DNA of 64,000 nucleotides from assembly GCA_965153455.1 (NCBI GenBank), contig OZ234493.1, positions 22,372,213 through 22,436,212 of the forward strand, given 5' to 3'. The DNA comes from Sphagnum compactum (lineage: Eukaryota). Shown here piece by piece: positions 11,865-25,531 of the stretch (position 1 is its first letter; every line of letters begins with the position of its first letter). The position numbers and the translations under genes were made by a program. Below the pieces are notes generated by a model. The model was not told the DNA's origin. It did no database searches and saw nothing but the letters and a program-made list of their open reading frames with translations.

Positions 11865-14800
11865 GCGTGTGTGTACGTGACTTTCGTCAGCTCTGATCTT
11901 CGCACAATTCCTCAGAAATTTTTTCCATATACGTCTATGGTCAGCAGCTATCTATTTGCTTTTCTGTCTCTTTGTTGCTGAATCTTCTGAGAGAGTCAAA
12001 ATCACGTGAGGAGAGCCAATTGGGTGGCGCCAACAGGCCTCCAACCAGTTCCCATCACATTCCTCCTCTTCCCATTTGGCCTCTTAGAGAGTATTTACAA
12101 CATTTATAGACCTTTTTGTAGTTGTTGCCTACTATTTGTAACACTTGTAAACCTTTTGTGGCCGTAAATTGCTGACCCTGATGCCTATGACCAGATGGTT
12201 ATTATCTATGGAGGAACATGAAAACTAAAAGGGATGTAAGCAGAGTTGTAGATGGGAGACACTGCCCATGCCTGGGCTTAAAACCATAGCAAATTTACAG
12301 TAAATTAAACCTTGATGAGAACATAATCAACAAGGTTCACTAAAGTAGGGTCAAAGCAAACTCTCTTATAATAAGTGGAACTTTTCAATGCTGGGCCATG
12401 ACATTGGAAGAGAAAAGCACCTTGAAATGTTTAAGTATTAGCACATCATATAATAAAACTGATTGCTGTTGCCTTCAGGTTACCACATTGCACCTGGGGC
12501 TAGGTCAGAGGTGAGAGCAAGGGAGATGAGGTGCAGCCTGCAAGCTATCAAGCATCCCAACAAAGCTCCTGCAGCTACCCGCCACAGAAATTCCTCAACC
12601 GCATCAGGAGATCTCCTGCAGGGTCCAGTAAAGGATCCGTATGCCTTCTTAGCATGCCAAGCTCTCTAATCTGCTACAAAAAATCTATGGCAGATTAGGA
12701 CTGTATGAAGAATGAAATCCATTAAAACTGAGACTCAATATCAACTTTCAGTTGCACAGCTCCATGTTGCCAATGCCAAAAAGTACCACACAGGAATGGT
12801 CAAGTAGTTGGATTATTTAGTTGGGAATGTAGACATCTTTTGCTTGAAACAGCTATCACATTGGATGAGTTATTCTCATGGGAGCACAAAGCCAGAACAA
12901 CTGGATATTTAAGCTTCAATCTCATCACCATGTTCTTCAACAAGCAAACTGCTTGAATTTTCTGAGTCAGTTTTTCAATGGCAGTCTACCCTTGCTCTTC
13001 CCCCTATGCGGCAAGTGCTGTTAATCACATATTGCGGCTTTTGTAAAAAAAATCCGGTCCCTTCATCAAGGCTAGAAAACACGAGAAAAGGAAAAGAATA
13101 CCTGGGGAGGTGTATGCCCCCATGTCAACCTGGAACAAGAACACATGCTACTCAGCAGTATGTTTCTGGGAAGGATTTTGCCTTCAATTCCATTCTCTGG
13201 CTGATTATCTCCCTCTCTTATCTCTATCCTGATGCAGAGACCACATTGGTTTGCAGGTTAGTCAGAATTGTTCTGAGCTCTTCAGTTTAGAGAGATTGAT
13301 GTGTTTGACCCTGCAAAACTGGACCTTTAGGGTTTTACATACTGGAAAGCCAGCTTCTGATAGGTGCTCAAATTTCCAGTTGGAAGATTGATTTCCATCT
13401 GCTCATTCCACTACTAAGGATGCCCATAGACCATGAGCGGATATTCACAGAACAGCAGTTTGTAAGAAAACTTCTCAAGTTTTTTCTGAGGCCACATGCT
13501 ATGCGCTGTTGAGATCTTGGGATAGGTGGGGGGAAAAAGCTATAGCAGAAGATAGATGAGCTGCTGAAGAGAACTTTAGGCTAATTGGCCTCATGGATGC
13601 TTCAGCCATAGGAGGACCTATTTTCTGTATGGGCGGGTGAAACCTCCCACTGTGGCAGCCCTGAAGTATAAACATTGAGGTGAGGTCTGATATTCAAAGT
13701 TCTAAGGTTCAAGTTGGTCTGGGATTTGGGAGAAGGTGGGGGGTCAGGGAGCTGCACTGACCCTGTTATTGTAAATTATTGCTGATCTTTTAAGCACAGG
13801 TTTTTTGTTTCAATATCTTGCACACAAGGTTCAGGACTTCATCATTGGTTTTTCTTGAATGGATCCAGGGACACTGCCTGTGCACAGGTGCAAAGAGAGC
13901 AGTGTCTATTTAGCGTAGATGTCATATGAAGGCATGTAATCAATAGGAAATCCTTCACTGTAACCTGACTTTTCTTCGTCCTCTAACTATAACACTATAA
14001 TTCTTTCTTCAGTGTGAATGGCAACTGTCAAGGATGCAAATGGACTCTAAGAGCAGCTCCACCAGCTGCAGTATAATGGCCTGTAAACTGTAATTTGGAT
14101 AAGTTTCAGGCTTTAAATAGTGTAAAATTGAGAGATGCATCCCTCAATCTATCTGAAAAATCTGCGTTCAGTTGCACAAAACTGAAACTCCTTTGCACAA
14201 TAGGTCTCAATTAGGACTCAATAAGAGAATCTTGTGTTCCAAAATAAGAGAAAACTCAACATGAACACAATATTTCAGTTGACTGATTGAAATCGCCCAA
14301 TCTGCTCATTCTACAAATAAGGATATCCACAGTTGTGAGACCAGGACACTGCCATGAGCCTTTCTTCACATAACCAACAGGGACATTTTTTTTGTTTGGA
14401 TGCTTTTTTGTTAGTTGCTTCATTAGTTGCTTCTCTGGATTGATTTAAATTTGGATATGCACTGGTGCACATATACTTGCATTATTCTGCAATGGATATG
14501 CGGTTTGTGTGGGATCATTGATTGATTCCCATATTTAGAGCTCACTGGCTGAAATGTTGTTGAGATTCCAAGTCTAGTTCTTCTGGTCTTAACAATAAAT
14601 GTGTTAATTATCCCTTTGTCAAGACCTCATTCAGCTTACTTGCACTGAAAAGCAAGCATATGAAATTCAGTTTCTTTTCGAGAGATATGTCTGGCAGAGG
14701 GGATCAAACAACTTGGCTGTAGCTCATGGAGGGGATCTGCTTGCAAAGTCACAGATTTGTTGAAGAATCACAATTCACAATGGGCAGTTTGATGGGAATA

Positions 14801-15589
14801 GCATGGCATTGAGAAAGTCTAAAATGTTAAAAGGTTTTCTTGAACATTGGCATTGTCATCTAAATAGGTATCAAGAATCGAGATCTGAGTAAATGAGTCA
14901 GGAATGCATAACTATGATAATTAATCATCTGACTCCACCCAATTCAAAATCACAGATTATGGAAGAATTGACAATGGGTTAGCTTGACAGTAACAGCGTA
15001 GTGGCAACCCACCCCAAATATTTTCACCAGTTTGATCTACATGGATCCTCCTCACAAGGGCTTCCTTCATGAGTATTTGTTAGCACAAGCATCCTGCATA
15101 TGAAACTTTGAGAAGCTCCATGCTCCCTAGACTCTACAACAAAGCGAATAGCACTTCTGTACACAAAGTTCTGAACCTTGATGTTGGCAGCCATTTGAGC
15201 ATAGATCAGCTTCACACTTTTCAACACTCTCGACTTATTTTTAGTTGTACATTCTTGGCATACTCAGGTAGTAGAATATGCATCTTATCATGCTCCAACA
15301 CTCTCTACAGAATTTCTTTTCTCTCCTCGATATCAAGACCACGTTCATCACTTCAAATCTCATTGACTACTCTCTCAGCAACTACAAAACACTTCATATC
15401 CAAGGTCTAGCAAGTACACCTAATTCAAAACCAGCAGAATCTGTACTTTTCAAGTGTAGGTGCCCTTGTTTTTGCATTGCAAGATACTGTCAAGATTTCT
15501 ACTTCTATTCACGTTGCTTCTCCAACCTACATGTGCTTTGATGGTCAAATTCCATGGAGGTAAATTACACCCCCCCCCCCCCCCCAACA

Positions 15590-17827
15590 CCTAAGTGCAA
15601 AACCCTCGACCAAGATTTGACATCAAGTGAAGTGGAAGAATTGTAAGATTTTGAAGTAATGTAACTAGGTAACGAAAGTAGTGATCGCAAACTTTTATGT
15701 TGGCCACAAGATTCAAAGGTAACAAAGGAAGATCAAAAGAATGCAAAGCTCAAAGTCGTGTTTTCCGTGTTCAAACAAAAGTTATTGCAAACATGGCAAC
15801 AGCCACGATGAAAAAGGCAAAGATTTTGGAAAATTAGGCAGCTCTCCAATTGTTCATAATGCTTGAAGAGCTAATCACAACACCTAAAGCACATGAATAT
15901 TTGTTGTTGCAAAGGCGTGAGGAACTTGAAAGGCTTTGGCACCGGATGGGCACATTGCATACTTCATGCAATGCAACTGTTGTTAATACCAGCAATATTG
16001 CAACTGCACCATTAGCACTATATCCCCATGTAAAATCAGCCAATCCCTTCCATGCATCATAGTCAATAAAAAACAACCAAATAGTAGAGACTGTGCATGC
16101 ATTTGATGTTTCATGTACCATGCACCAAATATTAGGACCATACACCGCTAGCATGGTTGATGCAATTTGGAACCTAAATTGAAGTCTAGAATGCAATTTT
16201 GAAAATCCAAGGCAATTTGGAATTGAAAGTTCAAAAATCAAGTTTTATTTCAAGCAAAGTTTGAGCCTTTGAGAACTCACAAATGTTCTACCAAATCACT
16301 TTGAAGTGACAAGTGCCTATTTTGATTTTCTAACTCTTCTATGGATTCCATGTAAGAATTAAAAATCAATTTTCTATGCATTTGTATGGTTGTCACATGC
16401 TCAAATCCCTCCATGTTGTTTGGTCTTTCATCTTCAATCACCATATTTCTTTGAACTCAACCCGAACATCTGAACTTGTTTGGAATTCATAGCTCCATGT
16501 TTTTGGTTACATCAACTCATGGAGCATTGGAAGAAGCATATGTAAAATAATCTCAGTGCCCGATTGCAAAATGAGTTGTAAGATGATGGTGATGAACATA
16601 TCATTTTTGTTATCTTGGTTGAACAACTAAGTGAAAATCTGAATGAAGCACACAAGAGTCATTTTGGCAACAAACCTGGGCATAAACCAAATGTGGAAAG
16701 AGGTAGAGAGGTTAGTCATGTTCGAATTTTTCATGATTACTTTGCAATGCAACTTGTTTACAATGAAAAAATTCAGATGTCGTTTTCGAATGCATAGAAA
16801 ATTGTTTCTGAAAATGGAAGTAGTAGTTGTGCATGATTCTTATTTTGTACAAAAGAGAGATGCTACTAGACTTTTAGGTCTCTCAAACATCCAAAAGTGC
16901 ATTATTGTAATCAAAATGTTACCAAACGATGTGGCAACAAATTATACTCACAAGTATTGTAGATCGAGTGAGTTTACTACACTTGAGTGCTTGAAAAGAT
17001 TGTGAAAGTTATTTGAGCATGTTTTGAGTCCAATTATTTGAAACAACCAACTCTAACAAATGATAAAAAATAGATGAAGATCAATGAAGAAAGAGGATTT
17101 CCAAGCATGTTTGCTTCAATAGATTATATGCACTGGCCTTGGAAAAATTGTCTAGTGGCATGGCAAGGTCAATTTCAGGACAAAAACAAGACAAGAAACA
17201 ATATCCTTGAAGCTATCGTTAATCAATCTTTGTGAATATGGCACGCATTTTTTGGCTTGCCTAAAGGAAACAATGATGTTAATGTTCTTCATAGGTCCCT
17301 TTTTGTAACATAATTATTAAGAGGTGACGAGGTTGGATTCATGGTGAATGGTACGTTTTATCCATGCTACTATTTGTTGGTAGATGGAATTTATCCCCTT
17401 GGAGCTATGTGTAAACCATACATGAACCCCAAGACCAAAAGTGACAACATTTTGCCCAAATGCAAGAAGGAGTATAAAAAGTTGTTGAAAGGGCATTTAG
17501 TGTTCTCCAAGTTCGATGGGCAATAGTTCAAAATCCTTGCCGATTTTGGGACATGTCTACAATCTCTAACATAACATGGCAAATGGACTTGTGATGCCTA
17601 TGCAGGAAACCAAAGTTTTAATGTTCCCATGTGAAAACATTGAATAGCTAGCATTGTATGACTTTTGGCACTTAGGTGGCATGGTGGATAAGAAAATGTT
17701 AGGCCTAATTTTGCGCACACTGTGGGGTCAAAAATGGGTCATGTAAATTTTTGCACCAAGAGTTTGGTGCATGGGTCTGCAAAATGTTGTTGTCAAACCA
17801 TTTTTGGTTTTCCCGATGGAGATGTTC
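15590..17827 (+). mobile_element. Decayed PIF/Harbinger DNA transposon (ORF1 C-terminal relic, DDE transposase relic and right TIR)
   Basis: Transposase motifs lie at about 16640-17580: KKFRCRFRMHRKLF, GFPSMFASIDYMHWPWKNCLVAWQGQF, LEAIVNQSL*IWHAFFG, YLLVDGIYP, ERAFSVLQVRWAI. Many stops and frameshifts are present. An ORF1-like tail LFIMLEELITTPKAHEYLLLQRREEL is at about 15850. The TIR TGGAGATGTTC (17817-17827) is followed by TTA. The left boundary is approximate. Confidence 0.88.
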
Positions 17828-19989
17828 TTACCATGACACATTGTCTATTAAACCTACATTGATAAATTGGCAATAAAAAGAAAAAAAATGTTGTAACATC
17901 AATTGCCATACTGTGTGATTATTGCTTATTGCCAATCAAATCTTCTTGTTTTTTTTTCCTCAACTCTTATTTGTTTCTCTTGACTACACACCTCTTGTTT
18001 CTTGCATTGCCCATTTGCACATCCAACATGGACAAATAGCAATCATAAGGTATTTTTTGACTATGACACATTAGTACATTGAAAACATACACATTGTTTA
18101 TCAAAAACATGTGTGTTTTGACACTTCAAACACTACACTTTTGACAACTATTAACCCTAAAGCGAGATAGCACATTCACAAAATTGAAAATGTATGTTCT
18201 TCAATTAAGCCCTTTCCAAACCTCAATGATAGTGGCCAACACCAAGATTTATGTAATCTCCTATTGGTTGTAAAATAGACATTTCAATTCATTCAAGATG
18301 AAGTTGCCTGCAATAAAAAGGCTACAAACAACAAAGTTCCAAGCTGACCTACAACTTCAAGCACAAATGCATGTCTACAATGATTTGCAAATTGCAACTT
18401 TAACAACAAAAATATGATACAAACAAATTTCATGCATTGTAGAGCTCAAGAAAAACACTACAATTTAAAGATGACGACACACAATTTTTTGGGCAACATA
18501 CACTTCTCAAAAACTTTTTGAATGAAGAGAAATTCTTATTTTCAAGACCTATGGAAATATAAATGACACTTTCAACAAAGGAACTTGAACCGAAGAGACC
18601 ATTGTACAACAAGCAAATCTCCCACTAAATAGAAGAAAAGCAATAAAAAACACAACAATTGTCAAAATAGTAGAAAAGCAACCAAAAAATAATACGAAGA
18701 TGTAGGCAATACAAATGTAATAAAAGACAAGAACAAAATGGACTTGTGAATTGCATTATATCCATGAGTGTAGCCTATGATAATTATTATGATTTTCAAC
18801 ATGTCAACTTCATATATGTATATTTTTTTAAATCATTATTTTGAGGATTATTTAATGATGAGACTAACCTTAGTGTAAGGTAATTGGAACTTACAATCAA
18901 TTAATCTTTCAAAGGAACCCCATATGATTAAAAAAAGGAAAGAAAGTTTCATATATTCAAAGCATTTCAATTACCAAGGAAAGGATTACATATGCAACAC
19001 ATCACAGACTCCTACTTGTTTCCTTTGATGAAGTTGCCCACATTGAGAAAATTACAAATAAGAATTTGGAGGTTGACTTGGACCTTTGACAACAAAGTTA
19101 TATTTATAACAATTTACAACTTGAACAACAAAAACATTTCCAAACAACTTTCATGCAACCATTGATTCAAAGAGAAACAATGCAAGCTTAACAAGTAGCT
19201 CTGTCACGAGAAACTCTATCCTAAAATAATATATTACATTTAAAATTATATTGTGAACTCATGGGATAAGAATTTGTTGGCTTTATGAAGGATTTTGAAA
19301 AAAAAAAAAATTATTTGTATTAAGAATTTTATTTTCTTAACCCTTTTCAAATTCATTGTGCATACTTGAAAATTCCAACCATAGTTCCAACTCTTTTTTT
19401 AAAACCATATAAATGAATATAAAGTTGTAAATAAAAATATTGTGTCAAAGTTCAATCCAAGTTTTTCCCAAAAAAAATGTAAACAATTTTTCATAATGTG
19501 CACAAGGTAAAAGTAAATACTTAGATGTTTGAAACAAACATTGATAATGAATGGATATCATTTAGATGAAAAGACTTGGGAAAGTTTTTCACTTAATTTT
19601 TGGTTTCATTTCACTTTCAAGTTTAAGAATTTGACATCTCTTGTAATTATTGTTGTTAGATTTTGGCTTTAGGATTTTCCATGAAAGGTGTTTTGTTATT
19701 TGTGTTTGATGGGGGTACATGTGGATAAAAAACCATCCAAATTTTTTTTCATTTTGTGGTTGATAACTATGAATTTTTGTTTGCACATGGTCCATGAAAA
19801 TTAATAAAAATAAATAAATTTAAGCCACAAGGTGCCACCATTTTGGGTGTCGTCAATTAGATGGAAAATGCAACATTCATACGCTACATTTTAAAGAAAT
19901 GGAGACTATAATGGTTTTTTGTTATACGTAAGAAGTGTGTTTGGTAATTTGAATGCAATATAAATCAATTTGTCAAGATTTGAGCAATA

Positions 19990-22690
19990 TGCTTCTATTA
20001 CACCAAATTTACATTCATTTTCAAGGACATTTGCCCATATATGGTCTAGTTGAAATCCAACTTTTATGGTGCTTTCACTAAACCTTCATTTGAACTTATC
20101 CATGAATTTAATAGTTCTTGTTTATTTTTTCCATGGTTGTTATCTTTTAAAATGTCAACATTAAAATCTTTAATTATGATGATTGAACAATGTTTGGGAG
20201 AATGTTGAATTATAATTTCAAGCTTGTTTTAAAATGTAAAAACTAAATATGAATGAGCTCCATACACACATACAATATGTATTACTTTTTGTGTATTAAT
20301 ATTAAAAGTCGATGCTATATATTCTAAATCATAATTTGTTATTGTATTAAAAGAATCTAAGTGCATGTGTATGTCATACAACATCATTAACCCATGACTA
20401 TCATGGATTGAAATATATGAATACTTTGATGAAGTTATAAATTTATGCACATCTATTGTTACATGGTGAAAAAAAATTTCTATAAGACGCAAAATATGAA
20501 ACAATTGAAGGTTATGATCATGGTTCATATCTTCATAGTGTTGGCATAAAGAAGTTGTATTCAAGGCTTATATAATTACATGAGAATTATATAAGTTTTT
20601 TAATTGAAAATTTATTGGTATCCAAGTCGCAATTGTTTGTTCTTATATGTGCTTTTGGATCCATATAAAATTTTCATGTTGGAGAGGAGTTAAAAATAAT
20701 AATTTTTCTTTTGTTCGAATGAAGGATAATGTTATAACCCATGTTTTTTAACATTAGTTGGATAAAAATCCAATTCATCTAGTGACAACGGATGGTTTTT
20801 AGTGCTATAAGTTGAATTGAAAATTGAATCCTTGTTATGATAAATGATTGAGATTTACCAACTTTTATATCTTTAATGATAGGTTCAATTGATGTCCATT
20901 TTGATTCAATGTTTTTGTTGTAACAATGACTCTATTTTTCTCTAAGCAATGTTCCAAATTTAGAATTTTGAAACATTATCCATATGATGGTTTTGTCACA
21001 ATATGTTATTGATGTTGTAAAAATGTCATTAGCTCCATTCACAAAACCATCATATGTTGCATAATTACCAACACATAATTCAATTAACATATCTTTTTTT
21101 ATTTGAATTATAAAATGCAAGCTTGTAGTTTTACTTGGATCGTTTGAGAATTTGTAAAATGGTGGGCATGATTAATGACTAGTGTCCATTGCTTTGAAAA
21201 TAAATGTGGGACCTAATTTCTAGCAAACACATGTTCATTGTGTTTTTGCAATAAGTTTATTTATATAATATAAATATGAAATAGTAAAAATTTTGAATGG
21301 TGGTCGATTACAAATTGAATTATAAATTGAATATCCCTTGTATTTTTTATTGCAATGTGAAATCTGTTCAAAGTTTGTAGGAAAACCATATCAAATTGTC
21401 GCATGATTGTATTTAATTCATAACATTGGACATATGTCGGCCAAAAATTTGGTGTTAATGCACTAACATTGTCTTTGATATTGTGAAAGATCCAACTATG
21501 TTTCATAGGGGGTGTTTAATATAAATCATTTATCATAATAATATCCATAACACCGAAGAATTTGTTTTAAATATTATTTATAACCTATTATCTATAACAT
21601 TCAACATTTTAGCACCAACAAATGATATTTCATCTATCACAAGTTGTAATTGTTCATATCAGCATGTCAGTTTATTTATTGAATTTGTTGCTAAGTTTGG
21701 TAAACTAGATAAAGTTTGTTGGAAAAACATGTTCAATGTTAAATGTATTGTTAAACCATCAATAATGAAGGAATCTTTACTTGTTGATGCCATAAATAAA
21801 GCTTTGATTTTGTTAAGTCAAAACATATGTGTTTATTGTATAATTGTAATAATCTTTTAGTGTAAAAATTTTACTAGTTCCAACACCCTTTGTCAAAAAT
21901 AAACAAATCAATATATCAAAATATAATTTTTTTTATACATAATGTCATAAAATATTAATCTTTGTTTTTCATTTAATTTTTTAAGTAAATTACTGTGTTC
22001 AAATTCTTCCATCATCATAGAATATGAAGATTTTGTGAAATTTTTATCTTTTAAAGTTAGTGATTTTTTATTCAATATTGATTGTGTTTATAATAGGAAT
22101 TGCAAGATATGAATCATTTATTTCATCATTTATGTCATCATTCCAAACGTTAATTAGATGCAATGGTTTTGATTTTGAATATATTAAATCGTTCATTTTT
22201 TTTGTATTTTGATATGGCAATTGACAGTTAAAGTTAGTTTCAATTTTAAAATTTTCACCATGTTGTTGACAATATGCATCATGCCATCTTACATTAGTTT
22301 CAAGTTGCAAATTTTTTGAAGTTCGAAATGGTGAATATAATAAAATTATTTTCTCAACCAATTCTCAATATCTTTATATTTATTATAATTTACAAATAAA
22401 ATAATTTGAGGTTTACGATGTTTTGAAATGCTATCTAATAGCAATTAAATTAACTCTGAGGATTTATTGTTTATTATAATACCTTGGCCTTCCACTAATG
22501 TTTGTCAAATAATTAATTAATTAAAAAAATTCATTTCAACAAACAGAATATCCTAAAAGATTCAATATTTTCCTTCACAAATTGTTATTAATTGAATTTA
22601 TCAAAGAAAATTCGACATTTCCGGCATTAATAACATAATTAGTTTTGAAGTAGTGATTGTTTGCTGTCTAATACTTCCAGTGTACTCACT
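19990..22690 (-). mobile_element. Decayed Helitron/Helentron-like element: PIF1 helicase followed by an endonuclease-like domain
   Basis: Minus-strand fragments in order: ILLYSPFR (about 22340), Walker-A-like FLTKGVGTSKIF (about 21885), DGLTIH, VIDEISFVG, FW..VQCYELNTIMRQ, NYATYDGFVNGA. These are followed by LNTTSLCQHYEDMNHDHNL and HIVCVY (EEP endonuclease-like) at 20229-20564. Boundaries are approximate. Confidence 0.8.
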
Positions 22691-22702
22691 TATGGGGTTT
22701 TA

Positions 22703-23099
22703 AAGCATCTCCATTGGATGCTCAGTATGTGACCCTACACAGTAAAATTGGATGATGAAAAGTCAAAACATGCCAGTTTCGCTCACGAAAATAGGTTTTA
22801 GCACTGGCACAATTTGCCCATGTCTGCTAAAATGAGCAAGGCAATGCTCTTCACCAGCAGACAATAGTGTAATAAATATGATCTGACTTCTTCTGCTCAG
22901 TGTTGTGTTTCCGATTGGCTCATCATAATGATTGGTCCCGGTGGTTAGTACTATTAGTACTCCCCCGCGCTTATTCGCATGCTGTCGCAGTTTCAGTTTT
23001 ATGGTCGGGGGTTGCAATGAAGAAAATAACTAAAACTTGGATGTGAGAAATAATGTTTTCGCAGAGTCACATACTTAGCACTGCTTGCCGGAGATGCTC
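22703..23099. mobile_element. Tourist-like (PIF/Harbinger) MITE, about 400 bp
   Basis: Ends are AAGCATCTCCA and CGGAGATGCTC, flanked by TTA/TTA. The interior is homologous to the copies at about 43760 and 48973. Confidence 0.88.
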
Positions 23100-23804
23100 T
23101 TATTAGGTGGTAGTAGCAGAGTAATGAGTGTTGGTGCGTGAACTTTCTGAATGAAGAATGCATGAAAATGGGAGTCATGTTTTTGGAACATGCAATGTCG
23201 TGTTGCAGAGTTGTGGCTCTGTGTTGTTGTTGTAGTAGTAGTAGTAGTAGTTCTTGTGTACTTTTGTTTTAGACTTAGTGGGTGGGAAGTACTTACTTAT
23301 CACAATCCAAATCCGTAAAGCACTGCCTGGATTTTTCCTTTGTATTTTCTCTTACCTGCCTGAAGAAACCTGTTTTCAGCAAGCGGGAGCTTCTGCGGTG
23401 GAAGGTACCAACCAGGCTGTACAGGGATCTTGGAGCTGAGTACAGGCCCTTCTCCTATACAAACTTCCCTTCGTCTTCCCATCACTGCTGCCCTTCTAGA
23501 GAGGTAGGTAGGTGACATGACCTTGAAGGGGAGGAGGAACATGGATGGGCCAGAAAGAAAGAGAGACCAACTGCCATCATTACTCTCCTGGTCTCTCTTT
23601 CTTGTCTGTCATCGCTTCAACTGCAAACAACCTTGCTGTTGTTTTATGATCAAAGCAGACAGGCTGAGAGCATTGGGTGGAAGTTGCAGGAGATTTACAA
23701 CTGTGACCAGTGTGACCAGCGAAATCAAGACATCATCATCCATGCTTATTGTTCACATCAGGAGCAGTTCAGATCAGCTTCTGATACATTCATTCATAAT
23801 GAGC

Positions 23805-23805
<1 letters not shown>

Positions 23806-23836
<31 letters not shown>
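23806..23836. repeat. (GA)n microsatellite in the 5' region of the RSRC2-like pseudogene
   Basis: Directly visible. Confidence 0.9.
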
Positions 23837-23838
<2 letters not shown>

Positions 23839-23870
23839 TTATTAGGGTTTAGGGTAAAGATCAGGGAGTC

Positions 23871-25531
23871 ATGGACAGTGATGATGATGATCACAAGAGA
23901 ATTGATGGCTTCAGAGATAGATACAGGAGAATCAAAAGATCTAGACAAGTGAAGAGAATGGCAGCAGGAGATATATTATTAGGGTTTACTATCCCTCCTG
24001 CATGGCTGAGGGATAGTAAGCAAAAGGAAGCTGGCAGTGAAGAAGGATGCAGGTCAAGCATGAGAAAAGAAAGTGTCATCTTTTTCTGACCTTAAAATTC
24101 ACTAAGATTTCAAACTGGGGTTCCCTCCACCTTCTTCAGAAGATGCTCATCCATGTCTGTGGAACTTGCAAAAGATCTCAATGCTGCAAAAGATTTTGCA
24201 GCTTTGAGAGCAGCCAAGCTGAGTGAGTACACTGACTACTGCACCATTGTGAAGAACATATATATATATATATATATATATTGATTTGCTGATATCTGCC
24301 ACCCCTGCCCTTGGGATTTTGGTCTACACCAAGTCCTCAATGTGATGAGATGAAGGGCATGGCGTCTTTCTTGTTTCTCACTGACATTCTTGATCCAACC
24401 GGTTTTTTGCATCCTTGACCACTTGAGGCATCTGCTTGTTCCAGTCCTCAACCATAGAGACAGCTTTGGGGAGTCTTCCTTTTTCACCTGAGTGTATCTT
24501 TATGTCTCTCAATTTCACTTAGCATCATCAAGCTGTAACTATAAGACTGATGAATGCTGACGAGATTCATAAACATGGCATGTTGGAATTAGACTGTTGT
24601 GCTTTTGGCAATTTGATGGGTCATCTGACTGACCTGCACACAGTTGCATGTTGCAGTTAACAAGAATATGGGAATAGCTGGATTCTTTTCCACAGACAAT
24701 ACGAAGAAGCTGATTGCTAGCTGCAGCAGTTGAGCAGGTAATTTTACAATTCAAGTTTCTGGGTGCTGATACACATTTCAGTTCTCTATTCGTAAATTGT
24801 CATATGTAGAAGTTTTTGCAGTCCCTTGGCAAAGAATACATGAATATGTGGCAGATTGGTTTAGGTGGGCTAAATAGATGTTGGTGCTGGGTGTGGCTTG
24901 AGCTGCAGGAAGCAGTTGTGGCCGTGGCTGGAACCAATTGATGGGACACTGCATTTCTCAGACCCTGATTGGCAAGACAAGCTTCATAAGCTCATGATAC
25001 TCTGCTCCACACTCCCTCAAGTCCACCTTCTCTGCATAACAGGGTCCATCTTAATCAGGGTACTAGGCTGTAATCAATCCATGTTTGCGTCTCTGTTACA
25101 ATGTACTCTTGTTCGTTACCTCTGATTTTGAAGTGCCCTAGATGTTATAGTCCATCAGTTAGTAGTAAGAGACAGAAAGCAATTCTTGGGTTTGAGCAAC
25201 TGCTATTGATGGTACATTAGAACTTGCAGTCACCAATGCAAAGGATAAAGCAATCAAGCAGGTGCAGAACTTCACTGCAAGGCAATACATTGGATATAGC
25301 TGATTTAATTTCCACCATTTGAGTGCTGACATCTCCACAGAGTCTGAGTGTCCTATGTGCCCCTTGCAGGGTGTGAAGGGTAACATCAAAGATGCGGAAG
25401 TTCAACCACCAACTGTGGGAGCAGCTATATTTGCAAAAGAGAAACAGCAAGAGCTTCAAGAAGACTTAGAAAGGCAGTTCTCTCAAGGGCTGCGGAAATG
25501 AATGGTCACACAGTTGACTTAGGTTTTGTAG
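23871..25531 (+). pseudogene. Arginine/serine-rich coiled-coil protein 2 (RSRC2)-like, SMAP-domain pseudogene retaining introns
   Basis: Four exon relics: 23871-24222 (..AKDLNAAKDFAALRAAKL), 24657-24737 (NKNMGIAGFFSTDNTKKL), 24909-24996 (GTN*WDT.HFSDPDWQDKLHKLM) and 25370-25531 (GVKG..EKQQELQEDLERQFSQGLRK*.GHTVDLG). These match the plant family pattern DLNAAK..AMKAAELVN / WDT..F.D..RQEKFNKLMGVKG / LEKQYTAGLRRRDGRTVGLGL. Stops, frameshifts and a donor reading AT instead of GT at 24997 indicate decay. Confidence 0.85.

Noticed and set aside
11446-11905. N-terminal 150 aa of the 487-aa ORF as the true protein start
   Set aside because: Arises from the frameshift. The signal peptide and first FAD-binding strand are in the frame starting at 11598 or 11589.
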